From: Bacteroidota bacterium
GTDB taxonomy: Bacteria > Bacteroidota > Bacteroidia > Bacteroidales > PUMT01
DNA: 52,944 nt
Assembly: GCA_003551495.1 (NCBI GenBank)
Contig: PUMT01000022.1
Coordinates: 1-52,944, forward strand
Direction of reading: 5' to 3'
The notes under the pieces were generated by a model. That model was not told the origin of the DNA and did not search any database. It worked only from the letters and a program-made list of their open reading frames with translations. Made by a program: the position numbers and the translations under genes. Shown in pieces: positions 21,139-31,144 of the stretch (position 1 is the stretch's first letter; each line of letters opens with the position of its first letter).

Positions 21139-22830
21139 ATGCTTAAATTAAAGAACCTATTATTATCATTATTAATTTTGCCGCTTGCATTGCTGCTTGT
21201 TTCGTGTGCAACTGCAGAAAATGTTAACGCTCAGTCGAATCCCGAAAAATACGACCTTATAATTAAAGGTGGCAGGATTATGGACGGTACGGGGAATCCA
21301 TACTTTGTTGGTGATGTGGGAGTTATTGGCGGCAGGATATCTTATGTGGGCGACCTGTCAGATGCCGGTGCAGAAAAGATTATTGATGCTGCCGGTAAAA
21401 TAGTGGCACCTGGCTTTATTGATATCCACACCCATGCCGAAGGAGAAATGACACACGATGACCCCAGGCGCAGAGCTGCCCCAAGTGATGTAATGCAGGG
21501 AGTCACTTCAATAGTGGTAAATCAGTGCGGCCGCTCACCTATTCCGATAAGGAACCAGATTGCAGAACTGAAGGAAAAAGGAACCGGTCCGAATGTAATG
21601 GTGCTGGTAGGCCACGGTGCGGTCAGGCGCCAGGTTATGGGAAATGACCACCGGCGGCCTGCAACGGAAGAAGAGATCAGTCAGATGCGTGCAATCGTAA
21701 GGCAGGCAATGGAGGAAGGAGCATCGGGTATGTCGGCCGGACTGGAGTATGTACCGGGCAGGTGGAGCACAACCGAAGAGGTAGCAGCAGTTGTTTCAGA
21801 ACTCGTGCCTTTCGGAGGCGTTTTCCACAACCATATGCGTAGTGAAGGGACAGACCCGATGTGGTACTGGCCCAGTCAGGATGAGCCAGGACCGCCCACC
21901 CTTGTTGATGCAGTCAGGGAATCAATTGAAATTGCTGAAAATACAGGGGCAAGAGTAAATATTTCGCATATCAAGGTGAAAGGCGCCCATTACTGGGGTG
22001 TAAGCCATAACATAATAAGGCTTATAAATGAAGCCCGCGAACGTGGTGCAGATATTTGGGCAGACCAGTATACTTACAATACTACAGGGACTGACGGCAG
22101 CACTATTCTGCTTCCGCCATGGATCAGGCGCGAACAGGAAGACGGGGAAAACTTTGCAGCGCTCCTGGAACGCCTGCTTGAAGACCCTGAAAAGAGAGAT
22201 ATGATATTGACAGATGTGGCACATGAGATCAGCAGGAGGGGCGGTGCTGACCAGATCCTTATACTGGAACATCCTGACGAAGATTATATTGGTCTGACTC
22301 TCATTGAGGTAGCCGACAAAAAAGGTCTTTCATCCCTGGAAATGGCCATAAAACTTCAAATGGAAGGTGATGTTGACAGGTTCGGAGGTGCGCGGGTCAG
22401 AGGTTTTTCTCTCAGCGAATACGACATTGAAAACTATATGCAGCAGCCGTGGGTTGCAACCGCATCTGATGGAAGGGTGCGTGTTGCCGAGCTGGATGAA
22501 GGCTTTGTACACCCCAGGTTTTACGGTACCTTCCCCAGGAAGATACGCTACTATGCAATGGAAAGGGGTGTTGTTACGGTCGAGGATGCAATTCGCTCCT
22601 CAACTTCACTCCCTGCCCAAATTCATGGCATAATGGACAGGGGACTGATCAGAGAGGGAATGCATGCGGATATTGTTGTATTCGACCCCGATACAATACG
22701 CGACAGGGCAACATTCTTTGAGCCTCACCAGTATGCAGAAGGCATAGAATACGTCTTGATAAACGGAACCTTTGTTGTTGAAGAAGGTGAACACACGTGG
22801 GAACTGCCCGGTGTTGTAATTACACCATAA
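21139..22830 (+). CDS. N-acyl-D-amino-acid deacylase family amidohydrolase, lipoprotein
   Basis: Lipobox LVSC; APGFIDIHTH, GLEYVPG, HMRSEG, SHIK, HPRFYGTFPR, ADIVVFDP. Confidence 0.9.
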   Translation: MLKLKNLLLSLLILPLALLLVSCATAENVNAQSNPEKYDLIIKGGRIMDGTGNPYFVGDVGVIGGRISYVGDLSDAGAEKIIDAAGKIVAPGFIDIHTHAEGEMTHDDPRRRAAPSDVMQGVTSIVVNQCGRSPIPIRNQIAELKEKGTGPNVMVLVGHGAVRRQVMGNDHRRPATEEEISQMRAIVRQAMEEGASGMSAGLEYVPGRWSTTEEVAAVVSELVPFGGVFHNHMRSEGTDPMWYWPSQDEPGPPTLVDAVRESIEIAENTGARVNISHIKVKGAHYWGVSHNIIRLINEARERGADIWADQYTYNTTGTDGSTILLPPWIRREQEDGENFAALLERLLEDPEKRDMILTDVAHEISRRGGADQILILEHPDEDYIGLTLIEVADKKGLSSLEMAIKLQMEGDVDRFGGARVRGFSLSEYDIENYMQQPWVATASDGRVRVAELDEGFVHPRFYGTFPRKIRYYAMERGVVTVEDAIRSSTSLPAQIHGIMDRGLIREGMHADIVVFDPDTIRDRATFFEPHQYAEGIEYVLINGTFVVEEGEHTWELPGVVITP

Positions 22831-22880
22831 CGGTAAAGGTTTAAAAGAGGCTGCTTTACTGCATGCCTGATACATGTTTT

Positions 22881-22914
22881 AAAAGGGGCTTAACCGTGCG
22901 GTCAGCCCCTTTTT
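22881..22914. terminator. Bidirectional intrinsic terminator
   Basis: aaaaggggct...agcccctttt hairpin between convergent genes. Confidence 0.8.
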
Positions 22915-22969
22915 AATTCATGCCGGCCGGGCTAAGATAAAGCCGGAGTGTAGCTGCAATTTTTTTGTA

Positions 22970-23425
22970 TTAGTTTTCTCTCAGTACATGCTCGTCGTAT
23001 TCTATCTCAAAGCGCAGCTTGTGCTTCGACTCTTCAATTGCAAGAGCCATAAACAACTCTTTCAGCTCTTTGGAAGGCGCTCTTTCTGAAAGTCTTATAT
23101 ACAGCTTGTAAGCAGCTTTTTCCTTTTTCATTGCCACAATGAGGGCGTCCCTGTAGCTCATATCAGGCGAAGGAGTTACAGAAACCACATAGTCGCTTAT
23201 ATGCAGGTCTGCTATATCCTCTTTTTCAATTTCGAAAAACCCCTCTTCCTTTACTTTCTTGATCCTTGCCTTATGACTGATCTCTTCCCTGGCAAACTGC
23301 TCAAATACATCACGCATATCTGATGATTTTGCGTTAGCCGCCAGGCCCTTGTAGAAATCAACTGCATCCTGCTCCGACTGAATGGCAAAATCCAGTATAT
23401 CATCAATTGATTTGAATTCCTTCAT
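22970..23425 (-). CDS. Ferritin-like/rubrerythrin diiron-domain protein
   Basis: Two E...Y...EExxH helical pairs (EQDAVDFY...EEISH; EKAAYKLY...EESKH). Confidence 0.9.
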   Translation of the reverse strand: MKEFKSIDDILDFAIQSEQDAVDFYKGLAANAKSSDMRDVFEQFAREEISHKARIKKVKEEGFFEIEKEDIADLHISDYVVSVTPSPDMSYRDALIVAMKKEKAAYKLYIRLSERAPSKELKELFMALAIEESKHKLRFEIEYDEHVLREN

Positions 23426-23504
23426 AGCTTCAATATTTTTTTTGATTTTTAATTTTTCTAAAATGTTAAAAAGGCGCAGCCTGTTAGTTAACCCAAATTA
23501 AATG

Positions 23505-26500
23505 TCATTTTTTAAAAGCCTTTTCAAACTCTTCATCAAATCTTTTCACAACAAAATCACATCCATGCCCGAACAGTTTTGGAGCGTTTTTGTTTGAAGT
23601 GATCCTGAAGCGGAATTTTTTGCTGTTTGATGAACTACCGGCAAGTATTCCAAATATCTCTTCCCGTACTTCGTTTACCCCTTCGAATCTATTGGCTCCC
23701 AGCCTTTCAATCAGTCCTGCAAGCTGTCCGATATTTGTCTTTTCCGTCAGAGGATCAAACACAGCGGAAAACTGTTGTATAACCCTGCCGGTATTGGTAA
23801 AACTACCGCCTGTTTCAACAGGCATAGATGCGGGCAGTATCAGGTCTGCCAAACGGACTGTATCTGTCATGAAATAATCCTGCACGGCAACAAAATCTGC
23901 CTTTTCAAACCACTTTTTCACTTTTCCGGAATCATCGGCACATCCTGCCGGATCCTCGCCAAACACAAAAATATTTTTTATTTCACCGCTTTCAAGCATC
24001 TCCATTTGGCTGTCAGTCAATTGCGGTGGCAATTCCTCAATTTTCCACGCCTTCTTAAGTTTGTCAGCATAACTCCTGTCATCCAGGGGGACCCTGCCTG
24101 GGCCAATGCGACTGTCAACTCCCATATCAAATACCCCCTGTGAATTATTCTTTTCTTTCAATGCCAGAAGTCCCATAACAGTTTTCCCCAGCTTGCCGGT
24201 TATCATTGCCAGGTTAAAAAGTTCGGTAACGGTTTCAGATGAAACCTCCTTTTCTGAAAACAGAAGTACGGCATTTTTCTGTTTGTTAAAATCTTCTGCA
24301 AACAAATTGAAACATTCCTCACAGCAGAAACCTGACTTTTTGTACAATTTTTCAAAATCCTCTTTAAGAAGCGCCTCCCTGTACTTTTCAAATTCCTCAC
24401 AATTATCCTTTATGTACAGGTCATTTTGCAAATTGGCCGAAAGGTAAAAGTGGTTCAGGGCTTTCACGAAGTGATAATATGATTTTACCTCCCACTTTTT
24501 ATCAACCTTATGCTCCATGCTGCTTTCCTTACGGTCGGTTACCAGTTCAACCGGAACATTGTGCAGCACTTTCATGTTGTTTATTGTAAAACCGGCTACT
24601 GCATTGTCCCTGTTTATTTCAGAACCTAAAAGATATATTTTGGAAGCTCCTTTAAGGAGATCCAGGGGAACTGAGCCATCAGAGCTCCTCATATATCCAT
24701 CCCCCCTGCCCAGGTAATGAAAGCTGCCAACATTATTGGTTTTGGCCCCTGCCCTTGCAAGTTTCTGTACAAGATACAGCTCTTCATTGGTCAGCCTGGC
24801 GCCACCAAAAAATGAATTCCTGTCGGGTTCAACAGATTTGATCCTGGATACAATTATATCCAGAGCCTCCTCAAAATCTATTTCCTTAAACTCCCCGTTC
24901 ACCTTCTTCATAGGTTTAGTTATCCTTTCACGGTCATTCAGGTAATGATAACCAAACATGGCATAGCGGCAAATATTGCCGTTCTTGTTAACCTGTCCGT
25001 TTGTCCCTGACACACTTACAACGAAACGGTTCTTGTAGTGCAGGTTAATTTCGCATCCTATGGAGCAGTAATTGCATATAGCAGTTGCCTTATCCAACTC
25101 TACGGGCAGAGGTTTGAAAGCCGTGTTCTCTGTCAGGGCGGCTGTGGGACATGTAGAAATGAAAAGTCCGCAAGACTCGCAGCGGGTATCTGACAGGGAA
25201 TCACCCAGACTGGGTGCCACGTATGTTTCAAAACCCCTGTTCACAAGTCCCAGCGCATTTGCACCGTTCACCTCATTGCAAATCCTTATGCATCGTGAGC
25301 AAAGGATACACTTTGTATTATCAATTTCAACATAGGGATGTGAAAAATCCACTTCATACTCCTTGAACTCGCCCGTAAACTTGTCCTGTACCGCCTTGTA
25401 GCGGGTTGCATATTTTTTCAGGTCACATGTAAAGAATTCGGAACAACCGCATTCAAAGCATCTTTCAGCTTCCTTAACAGCCACCTCTTCATTCTCATAT
25501 CCCAGCTCCACCTCGTTAAAGTTCATCCTCTCTTCCGGCGGAAGAGTGGGCATTTCATGCCTGAACTGCTTACGGTAACGGCCGGTAAAATCATCAACCT
25601 TCAGTTCACGGAAATTTTCCCTTTTACTTATAAACTCATACTCTTCCGCCTCCGGTTTTTCACCGGTGAGATACCGGTGGCAGCTCTTTGAAGCTGTCTT
25701 TGCCTGGTCTATTGCTTCTATAATGGTGGCAGGACCGGTTACACCGTCACCAGCGGCAAAAACGTTGGGTATGCCAGTCTGCAATGTTTGCGGATCAGCA
25801 TCAATATCGCCCCATTTGTTAAGCTTCAGCTGGCCATCAGATGCATTGCTGTTTATATCGTCAAGGAAATCAACTTCAGTTTTCTGTCCGATTGCAGCCA
25901 GGATATAGTCAACCCCGACATCAAACTCCGAGCCTTCAATTGGCACGGGACGCCGTCTGCCGGAGGAATCGGGCTCTCCCAGCTCCATCTTTATGCATGT
26001 TACCGACTTCACCTCGCCTTTTTCATTCTTGTTTACAAGAACCGGATTGGTAAGGAACATGTACTCCACCCCTTCAATTTTGGATTCATGTATTTCAATT
26101 GGGTTTGCAGGCATCTCCTTTTCCGTTCGGCGGTAAATGACAATTACCTTTTCCGCGCCGCATCTTACCGAAGTACGGCAGCAATCCATCGCCGTATTAC
26201 CCCCTCCTACTACTGCCACGGTTTTACCTGAAAAATCATACCTTTGTCCGGTCATTTCCATGTTCCTTAGGAAATCTATTCCCGAGAAAACATTTTGAGC
26301 ATCCTCTCCGTCACATCCAATAAGGGTACCCCTTTGCGAGCCTATGGTAAGAATAACGGCATCATACCTGTCCTTTAACTCTGAATAGCTGAGATTCTTT
26401 CCAAGTCTTTTACCATAATGGATATTCACACCCAGTTCGGTAATGGCATCTACTTCTTTTTGAAGCAGGTCGTTCGGAAGCCTGTATTCCGGTATCCCGT

Positions 26501-27206
26501 ACCTGAGCCAGCCTCCTGCATATTCATTTGCTTCGAAAATATCGCACTGATGGCCATTCAGTTGAAGGAACCATCCGCATGAGAGTCCACCAGGCCCGGC
26601 ACCTATTATGGCAACCTTTTTCCCTGTTGAGGGTTCCACCTTTGGAACATAACGTTTAGGCGACTCAAGGTCAATATCAGATGTAAATCTTTTCAGGTAA
26701 TCTATGCCTACTGCAGTACCTTCATCAAGAAAGTTCCGCCTGCAGGCAACCTCGCATGGCCTGACACATACACGTCCGCATATTGCCGGCAGGGGATTGA
26801 CCTGCTTGATCACTTCCACGGCCTCACTGTAGAGTCCTTTTTCTATTAGTGAAATATAGGCCTGAACATCAACTCCGGCCGGACAGGTCTGTTTGCAGGG
26901 GGCTTCGCAATCGGCAAAATGGTTGCTGACTAAGAGGTCGAGTGCCATTTTACGGCCTTTCCCACCCTTTTCGTTTTCAGTATTCACAACCATGCCTTCC
27001 GCTATTTTTGTAGAACAGGCAGGCTCCAGTCCTTTTGCTCCCTCTACTTCCACTACGCACAAATAACAGGAAGTAAACGGCTCCAGCCGGGGATCATGGC
27101 ACAGAGTGGGAATTTCTATATTGTTGCGTTTGGCGAGGCTTAATATTGTTTCTCCGGGCTTGCCGGTAAGGTTTTTTCCGTTCAATGTAATATTTAATTC
27201 CTCCAT
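23505..27206 (-). CDS. Large subunit of a NuoEFG/HydABC-like complex: [2Fe-2S] + GltD-like FAD/NADPH module + FeS + NuoG-like domain (StnC/NfnA-like)
   Basis: IPTLC..C..C..C; CPAG, CGRVC..PCE; GAGPGG; GGGNTAMD; YRR; AAGD; CILCSRCIRIC; CNYCSIGC; molybdopterin-fold C-terminus lacking a Cys/Sec metal ligand. Confidence 0.85.
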   Translation of the reverse strand: MEELNITLNGKNLTGKPGETILSLAKRNNIEIPTLCHDPRLEPFTSCYLCVVEVEGAKGLEPACSTKIAEGMVVNTENEKGGKGRKMALDLLVSNHFADCEAPCKQTCPAGVDVQAYISLIEKGLYSEAVEVIKQVNPLPAICGRVCVRPCEVACRRNFLDEGTAVGIDYLKRFTSDIDLESPKRYVPKVEPSTGKKVAIIGAGPGGLSCGWFLQLNGHQCDIFEANEYAGGWLRYGIPEYRLPNDLLQKEVDAITELGVNIHYGKRLGKNLSYSELKDRYDAVILTIGSQRGTLIGCDGEDAQNVFSGIDFLRNMEMTGQRYDFSGKTVAVVGGGNTAMDCCRTSVRCGAEKVIVIYRRTEKEMPANPIEIHESKIEGVEYMFLTNPVLVNKNEKGEVKSVTCIKMELGEPDSSGRRRPVPIEGSEFDVGVDYILAAIGQKTEVDFLDDINSNASDGQLKLNKWGDIDADPQTLQTGIPNVFAAGDGVTGPATIIEAIDQAKTASKSCHRYLTGEKPEAEEYEFISKRENFRELKVDDFTGRYRKQFRHEMPTLPPEERMNFNEVELGYENEEVAVKEAERCFECGCSEFFTCDLKKYATRYKAVQDKFTGEFKEYEVDFSHPYVEIDNTKCILCSRCIRICNEVNGANALGLVNRGFETYVAPSLGDSLSDTRCESCGLFISTCPTAALTENTAFKPLPVELDKATAICNYCSIGCEINLHYKNRFVVSVSGTNGQVNKNGNICRYAMFGYHYLNDRERITKPMKKVNGEFKEIDFEEALDIIVSRIKSVEPDRNSFFGGARLTNEELYLVQKLARAGAKTNNVGSFHYLGRGDGYMRSSDGSVPLDLLKGASKIYLLGSEINRDNAVAGFTINNMKVLHNVPVELVTDRKESSMEHKVDKKWEVKSYYHFVKALNHFYLSANLQNDLYIKDNCEEFEKYREALLKEDFEKLYKKSGFCCEECFNLFAEDFNKQKNAVLLFSEKEVSSETVTELFNLAMITGKLGKTVMGLLALKEKNNSQGVFDMGVDSRIGPGRVPLDDRSYADKLKKAWKIEELPPQLTDSQMEMLESGEIKNIFVFGEDPAGCADDSGKVKKWFEKADFVAVQDYFMTDTVRLADLILPASMPVETGGSFTNTGRVIQQFSAVFDPLTEKTNIGQLAGLIERLGANRFEGVNEVREEIFGILAGSSSNSKKFRFRITSNKNAPKLFGHGCDFVVKRFDEEFEKAFKK

Positions 27207-27245
27207 GTGAACAAAGTAAGTTTGTTGATTAATAATATTTTTAGG

Positions 27246-29024
27246 CTATGACAGGTTTATTGCATCAAATTTGCATTTGTTGAAACAAACACCGCAACGT
27301 ATGCATATATCCTGTTTTATGAAATGAACCTCTTTCCTGGCTCCCTCAATGGCGTCAACCGGACAGTTTTTGGCGCAAACCGTACATCCTGTGCAGTTCT
27401 CCTCATTCACCTCATATGTCAGAAGCTTTTTACAGGTAAGTGAAGGGCATTTTTTCTGGCTGATATGTGCCTCATACTCATCCCTGAAATATTTCAGCGT
27501 TGTCAGAACCGGGTTTGGAGCAGTCTGTCCAAGTCCACACAAAGAGCTGTCCTTTATCTGGTATGCCAGCTCTTCAAGTTTCTCCATATCCTTCGTCTCC
27601 CCTTCTCCTTCGGTTATACGAATGAGTATCTCAAGCATTCTTTTCGTTCCTACACGGCAGAAGGTGCATTTGCCACATGACTCTTTTCTAGTGAAATCCA
27701 GAAAAAATTTGGCAACATCTACCATACATGTGGTTTCATCCATAACAACCATTCCGCCGGACCCCATGATGGCGCCCGTAGCCGTAACAGAATCGAAATC
27801 CACTACAGTACTGGAAAGATATTCGGGGATGCATCCGCCTGAAGGTCCGCCAAGCTGTACAGCCTTAAATTTCTTCCCTCCGGGTATCCCTCCTCCAAGC
27901 TTGAATATAACATCCTTAATGGTAATTCCCATAGGCACCTCTACCAGTCCGCCATGATTAATTTTCCCTGCAAGTGCAAATACCTTTGTGCCTTTACTTT
28001 TCTCGGTTCCATATTTTGCATATGCAGAACCTCCTTTATCTATTATCCATGGAATATTGGCAAAAGTTTCCACATTGTTGATGTTTGAAGGCTTCCTCCA
28101 TAATCCTGATTCAGCCGGGAAGGGAGGCCTTTTCCTGGGCATTCCCCTTTCTCCTTCTATTGAAGCTATAAGAGCAGTCTCCTCACCGCAAACGAAAGCA
28201 CCGGCTCCCTCCTTGACAGTTATGCGGAAATCAAAACCTTCTTTTCCCAATATGTTGCTTCCAAGGTATCCCCTGTCTTCAGCCTGTTCAATTGCTATGG
28301 CAAGCCTTTTTAAGGCAAGGGGATATTCAGCGCGGCAATATATGACACCTTCATTGGCACCCACAGCATACCCTGCTATGATCATACCTTCAAGGACAGA
28401 GTGGGGGTCTCCTTCCAGGAGCGACCTGTCCATAAAAGCCCCGGGGTCTCCTTCATCGGCATTGCAGATGATATATTTGTTATCGGACTTGTTCTTGTGT
28501 GCAAACTTCCATTTCAGTCCGGTAGGAAAACCACCACCGCCCCTGCCGCGGAGTCCGCTATCCATCACCTCCTTTATCACATTTTCCGGAGGGATCTTAT
28601 TTTCAACAATCTTCCTGACAGCCCCGTAACCTCCCCTTTCTTCATATTCGGCAATTATTTCCGGATCGATCATTCCGCAATTGCGAAGGGCTATCTTAAC
28701 CTGCCCTTCAAGGTACTTCCTGTCAGGTGTATCATAAAGATCGGTTACAACTATATAGTCCCTCACCGGATTGTTATTATTGACATGCTTGTTGATAAGT
28801 TCAACTGCCTTATCTTCGTCTATCCCGCCATAAAGAAAGCTGCCGTTTTCATCAATCACCTCTACCAGCGGCTCACGGTAGCACATTCCCACGCAGCTTG
28901 TCTTTCCCAGTTCAAAATCAAGATTCTCGGCTTCCTTCAATTCACTGATTTTTTTATATACCTTGCCGGCTCCGGCTGCAACGCCGCAACTGCCAAGGCC
29001 TATTATTACTTTGGTTTTTGTCAT
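27246..29024 (-). CDS. NuoF/HydB-like FMN/NADH-binding subunit with N-terminal thioredoxin-like FeS domain and C-terminal 2x[4Fe-4S] domain
   Basis: SGLRGRGGGGFPTG, NADEGDPGAFMD, GAFVCGEETAL, GGPSGG, ESCGKCTFCR, CTGCTVCAKNCP, CIRCGVCFNKC. Confidence 0.93.
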   Translation of the reverse strand: MTKTKVIIGLGSCGVAAGAGKVYKKISELKEAENLDFELGKTSCVGMCYREPLVEVIDENGSFLYGGIDEDKAVELINKHVNNNNPVRDYIVVTDLYDTPDRKYLEGQVKIALRNCGMIDPEIIAEYEERGGYGAVRKIVENKIPPENVIKEVMDSGLRGRGGGGFPTGLKWKFAHKNKSDNKYIICNADEGDPGAFMDRSLLEGDPHSVLEGMIIAGYAVGANEGVIYCRAEYPLALKRLAIAIEQAEDRGYLGSNILGKEGFDFRITVKEGAGAFVCGEETALIASIEGERGMPRKRPPFPAESGLWRKPSNINNVETFANIPWIIDKGGSAYAKYGTEKSKGTKVFALAGKINHGGLVEVPMGITIKDVIFKLGGGIPGGKKFKAVQLGGPSGGCIPEYLSSTVVDFDSVTATGAIMGSGGMVVMDETTCMVDVAKFFLDFTRKESCGKCTFCRVGTKRMLEILIRITEGEGETKDMEKLEELAYQIKDSSLCGLGQTAPNPVLTTLKYFRDEYEAHISQKKCPSLTCKKLLTYEVNEENCTGCTVCAKNCPVDAIEGARKEVHFIKQDICIRCGVCFNKCKFDAINLS

Positions 29025-29045
29025 GATTTGAAATATTTATTCCGG

Positions 29046-29570
29046 TTAATTTTTTTCCTTGAGCTTCAGTTCTTTTATGATTTTAACGGCCTCATTGCCT
29101 GTAAGTTTGCCATAGGTTTCATCCCCTATCATCATTACCGGTGCAAGAGAGCAGCAGCCAAGGCAGGCTACCGATTCAAGTGTGAAGAGTCCGTCTTCAG
29201 TTGTACACCCATCCTCTACTTTCAGGGATTCCTGCAAAGATTCGGTAATTGTGCCTGCATTTTGAACATGACAGGCTGTTCCGTGGCATACTTTTATGAT
29301 CATTTTGCCAACCGGGCTAAGTCTGAACTGGGCATAAAAGGTGGCCACACCGTACAGCTCGTTCAGCTCCAGGTTCAGTTCTTCAGATAACCTGATAAAT
29401 ACTTCTCTTGGAATGAAACCGAATATTTCCTGGGCTCCCTGAAGAACCGGAATGGTTATTCCTTTTTTGCCGCTGAATTTTTCTATCAGCGGATCAAGAA
29501 GCGACAAATCCACTTTTTCGGGGGATTCGGGAAGTTCGGGGATTTTTTTACTGATCCTTTTAACTCGCAT
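29046..29570 (-). CDS. NuoE/HydC-like [2Fe-2S] subunit
   Basis: GVATFYAQF, VCHGTACHV, CLGCCSLAP. ATG 29570 preferred; a TAAATTTG -7 element lies at 29633-29640. Confidence 0.92.
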   Translation of the reverse strand: MRVKRISKKIPELPESPEKVDLSLLDPLIEKFSGKKGITIPVLQGAQEIFGFIPREVFIRLSEELNLELNELYGVATFYAQFRLSPVGKMIIKVCHGTACHVQNAGTITESLQESLKVEDGCTTEDGLFTLESVACLGCCSLAPVMMIGDETYGKLTGNEAVKIIKELKLKEKN

Positions 29571-29824
29571 AGATTTGAAATTGTTTGAACGGTTAATTGT
29601 TGAGTTTTTAAAGAGAGTTTGCTTTAGCAAACCAAATTTAAATAAAGCCTAAATATAGAAAATCTCAATATATATATGTTTAATAACATATTTTTTTTCT
29701 GAAAAATTAATTTAAAAGAAAACGGCTATAAGCACTGGGAAATGAGAAAAACCATATATCCCGGGAATTATTTAAAATCATTATTAATAAGTATGGCAAA
29801 TAGTGTAAAGGTATCCTGCAAAAG

Positions 29825-29855
29825 AAAAACCCCGGTAGTTTTAACCATCCGGGGT
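29825..29855 (-). terminator. Intrinsic terminator downstream of purC
   Basis: accccgg...ccggggt stem followed by a U-tract on the minus strand. Confidence 0.6.
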
Positions 29856-30028
29856 GTTCCATAAATTTGAATAAAAAAATTTCAGAACCTGCCTCACTTA
29901 ATTGTGCCCCTGATCTGGCGGGGCTTTAAACGAACCGGATGTGCTGTTAAAGTGTTAGCGCAAGCATAAACCGGAGTTAAACCCGCCTCCCGGGGTGAAT
30001 GGTCAGGTTATGGAGAATTATTTAATTC

Positions 30029-30976
30029 CTAAAGCCTGTCAAGAAACCCGTTTATATTATTTTCTATTCGCAAAGTAACATCTTTGTTGTCAGCTTTCAC
30101 AAACTTTTCTCCGGTGATTTTTTCAAACAGTTCAATATACCTTTCTGATACACTGTTAATGAAATCATCGGGAAGAGAAGGCATCTTTTCCCCGTCTTTC
30201 CCACTGAAACCTTTGTCAATCAGCCATTCACGAACAAATTCCTTGGATAGCTGCTTTTGAGGCTCACCTTTTTCAAGTCTTTCTTCGTATCCTCTGGAAT
30301 AAAAATACCTGGATGAATCGGGTGTATGCACTTCATCTATCAGGATTATTTCACCGTTTCTTTTTCCAAATTCATATTTGGTATCTACAAGTATCAGTCC
30401 CTTTTCAGCAGCCATTTGCGTCCCTTTCTCAAACAGGTAATACGTAAACTTTTCAAGTTTTTCATAATCCTCCTTAGTTACCAGTCCGCCTGAAATGATC
30501 TCCTCTTTTGAAATATCCTCGTCATGTCCTTCGGTGGCCTTGGTAGTTGGGGTAATTATTGGTTCAGGGAACTTTTCATGTTCCTTCATCCCTTCGGGCA
30601 GCCGCACTCCACATATTTCGCGTTTACCCGATTTGTATACACGCCAGACGTGCCCGGTAAGATATCCCCGTATAACCATTTCAACCATGAAAGGTTCTGC
30701 AAAATATCCGGCAGTAACCATCGGGTCAGGTGAATCGATCTTCCAGTTAGGAACAATATCTGAGGTAGCATCGAGAAAAATCGAAGCTATCTGGTTAAGA
30801 ACCTGTCCCTTAAAGGGCACTCCTTTTGGAAGCACATAATCAAATGCTGAAATACGGTCAGTTACCACCATAACAAGATAACCTCCGTCAAAATGGTACA
30901 CATCCCTTACTTTTCCCTTATAACGGTTTTTTAGTCCGGGCAACCTGAAATTGGTTTCAATAATAGCTTTTTCCAT
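30029..30976 (-). CDS. purC: Phosphoribosylaminoimidazole-succinocarboxamide synthase
   Basis: [48 protein letters not shown]. Confidence 0.97.
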   Translation of the reverse strand: MEKAIIETNFRLPGLKNRYKGKVRDVYHFDGGYLVMVVTDRISAFDYVLPKGVPFKGQVLNQIASIFLDATSDIVPNWKIDSPDPMVTAGYFAEPFMVEMVIRGYLTGHVWRVYKSGKREICGVRLPEGMKEHEKFPEPIITPTTKATEGHDEDISKEEIISGGLVTKEDYEKLEKFTYYLFEKGTQMAAEKGLILVDTKYEFGKRNGEIILIDEVHTPDSSRYFYSRGYEERLEKGEPQKQLSKEFVREWLIDKGFSGKDGEKMPSLPDDFINSVSERYIELFEKITGEKFVKADNKDVTLRIENNINGFLDRL

Positions 30977-30982
30977 CTGATT

Positions 30983-31100
30983 GAAAAATAATTAGTTTTT
31001 GGTTAATAAAAAGTATCACGGGTGATCCGGAGCACCCGAAAAAAATAATTAATTTTAGTTAACAAGGTGATTACCAGGCAATCCGGAGCGCCCGAAAAAT
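30983..31100. repeat. Degenerate ~56-bp tandem duplication with atccggagcRcccgaaaaa core
   Basis: 19-mer at 31025-31043 and 31081-31099 (1 mismatch); the preceding AT-rich segments are also similar. Confidence 0.6.
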
Positions 31101-31144
31101 ATTTGATTGAGAATAATCCGGTTACTTTTTTGCTAAGAAACAAC

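Noticed and set aside
23505-27206. Formate dehydrogenase, [FeFe]-hydrogenase or selenoprotein
   Set aside because: No Cys/Sec-His Mo-ligand motif, no H-cluster motifs and no in-frame TGA.
28401-29390. 329-aa plus-strand ORF
   Set aside because: Antisense shadow of the NuoF/NuoE-like genes with no recognisable motifs. The same applies to the many other short overlapping ORFs in the track.
27246-29570. Respiratory complex I nuoE/nuoF
   Set aside because: No membrane or NuoBCD subunits nearby, and the extra FeS domains fit soluble HydABC-type complexes, so gene symbols were withheld.
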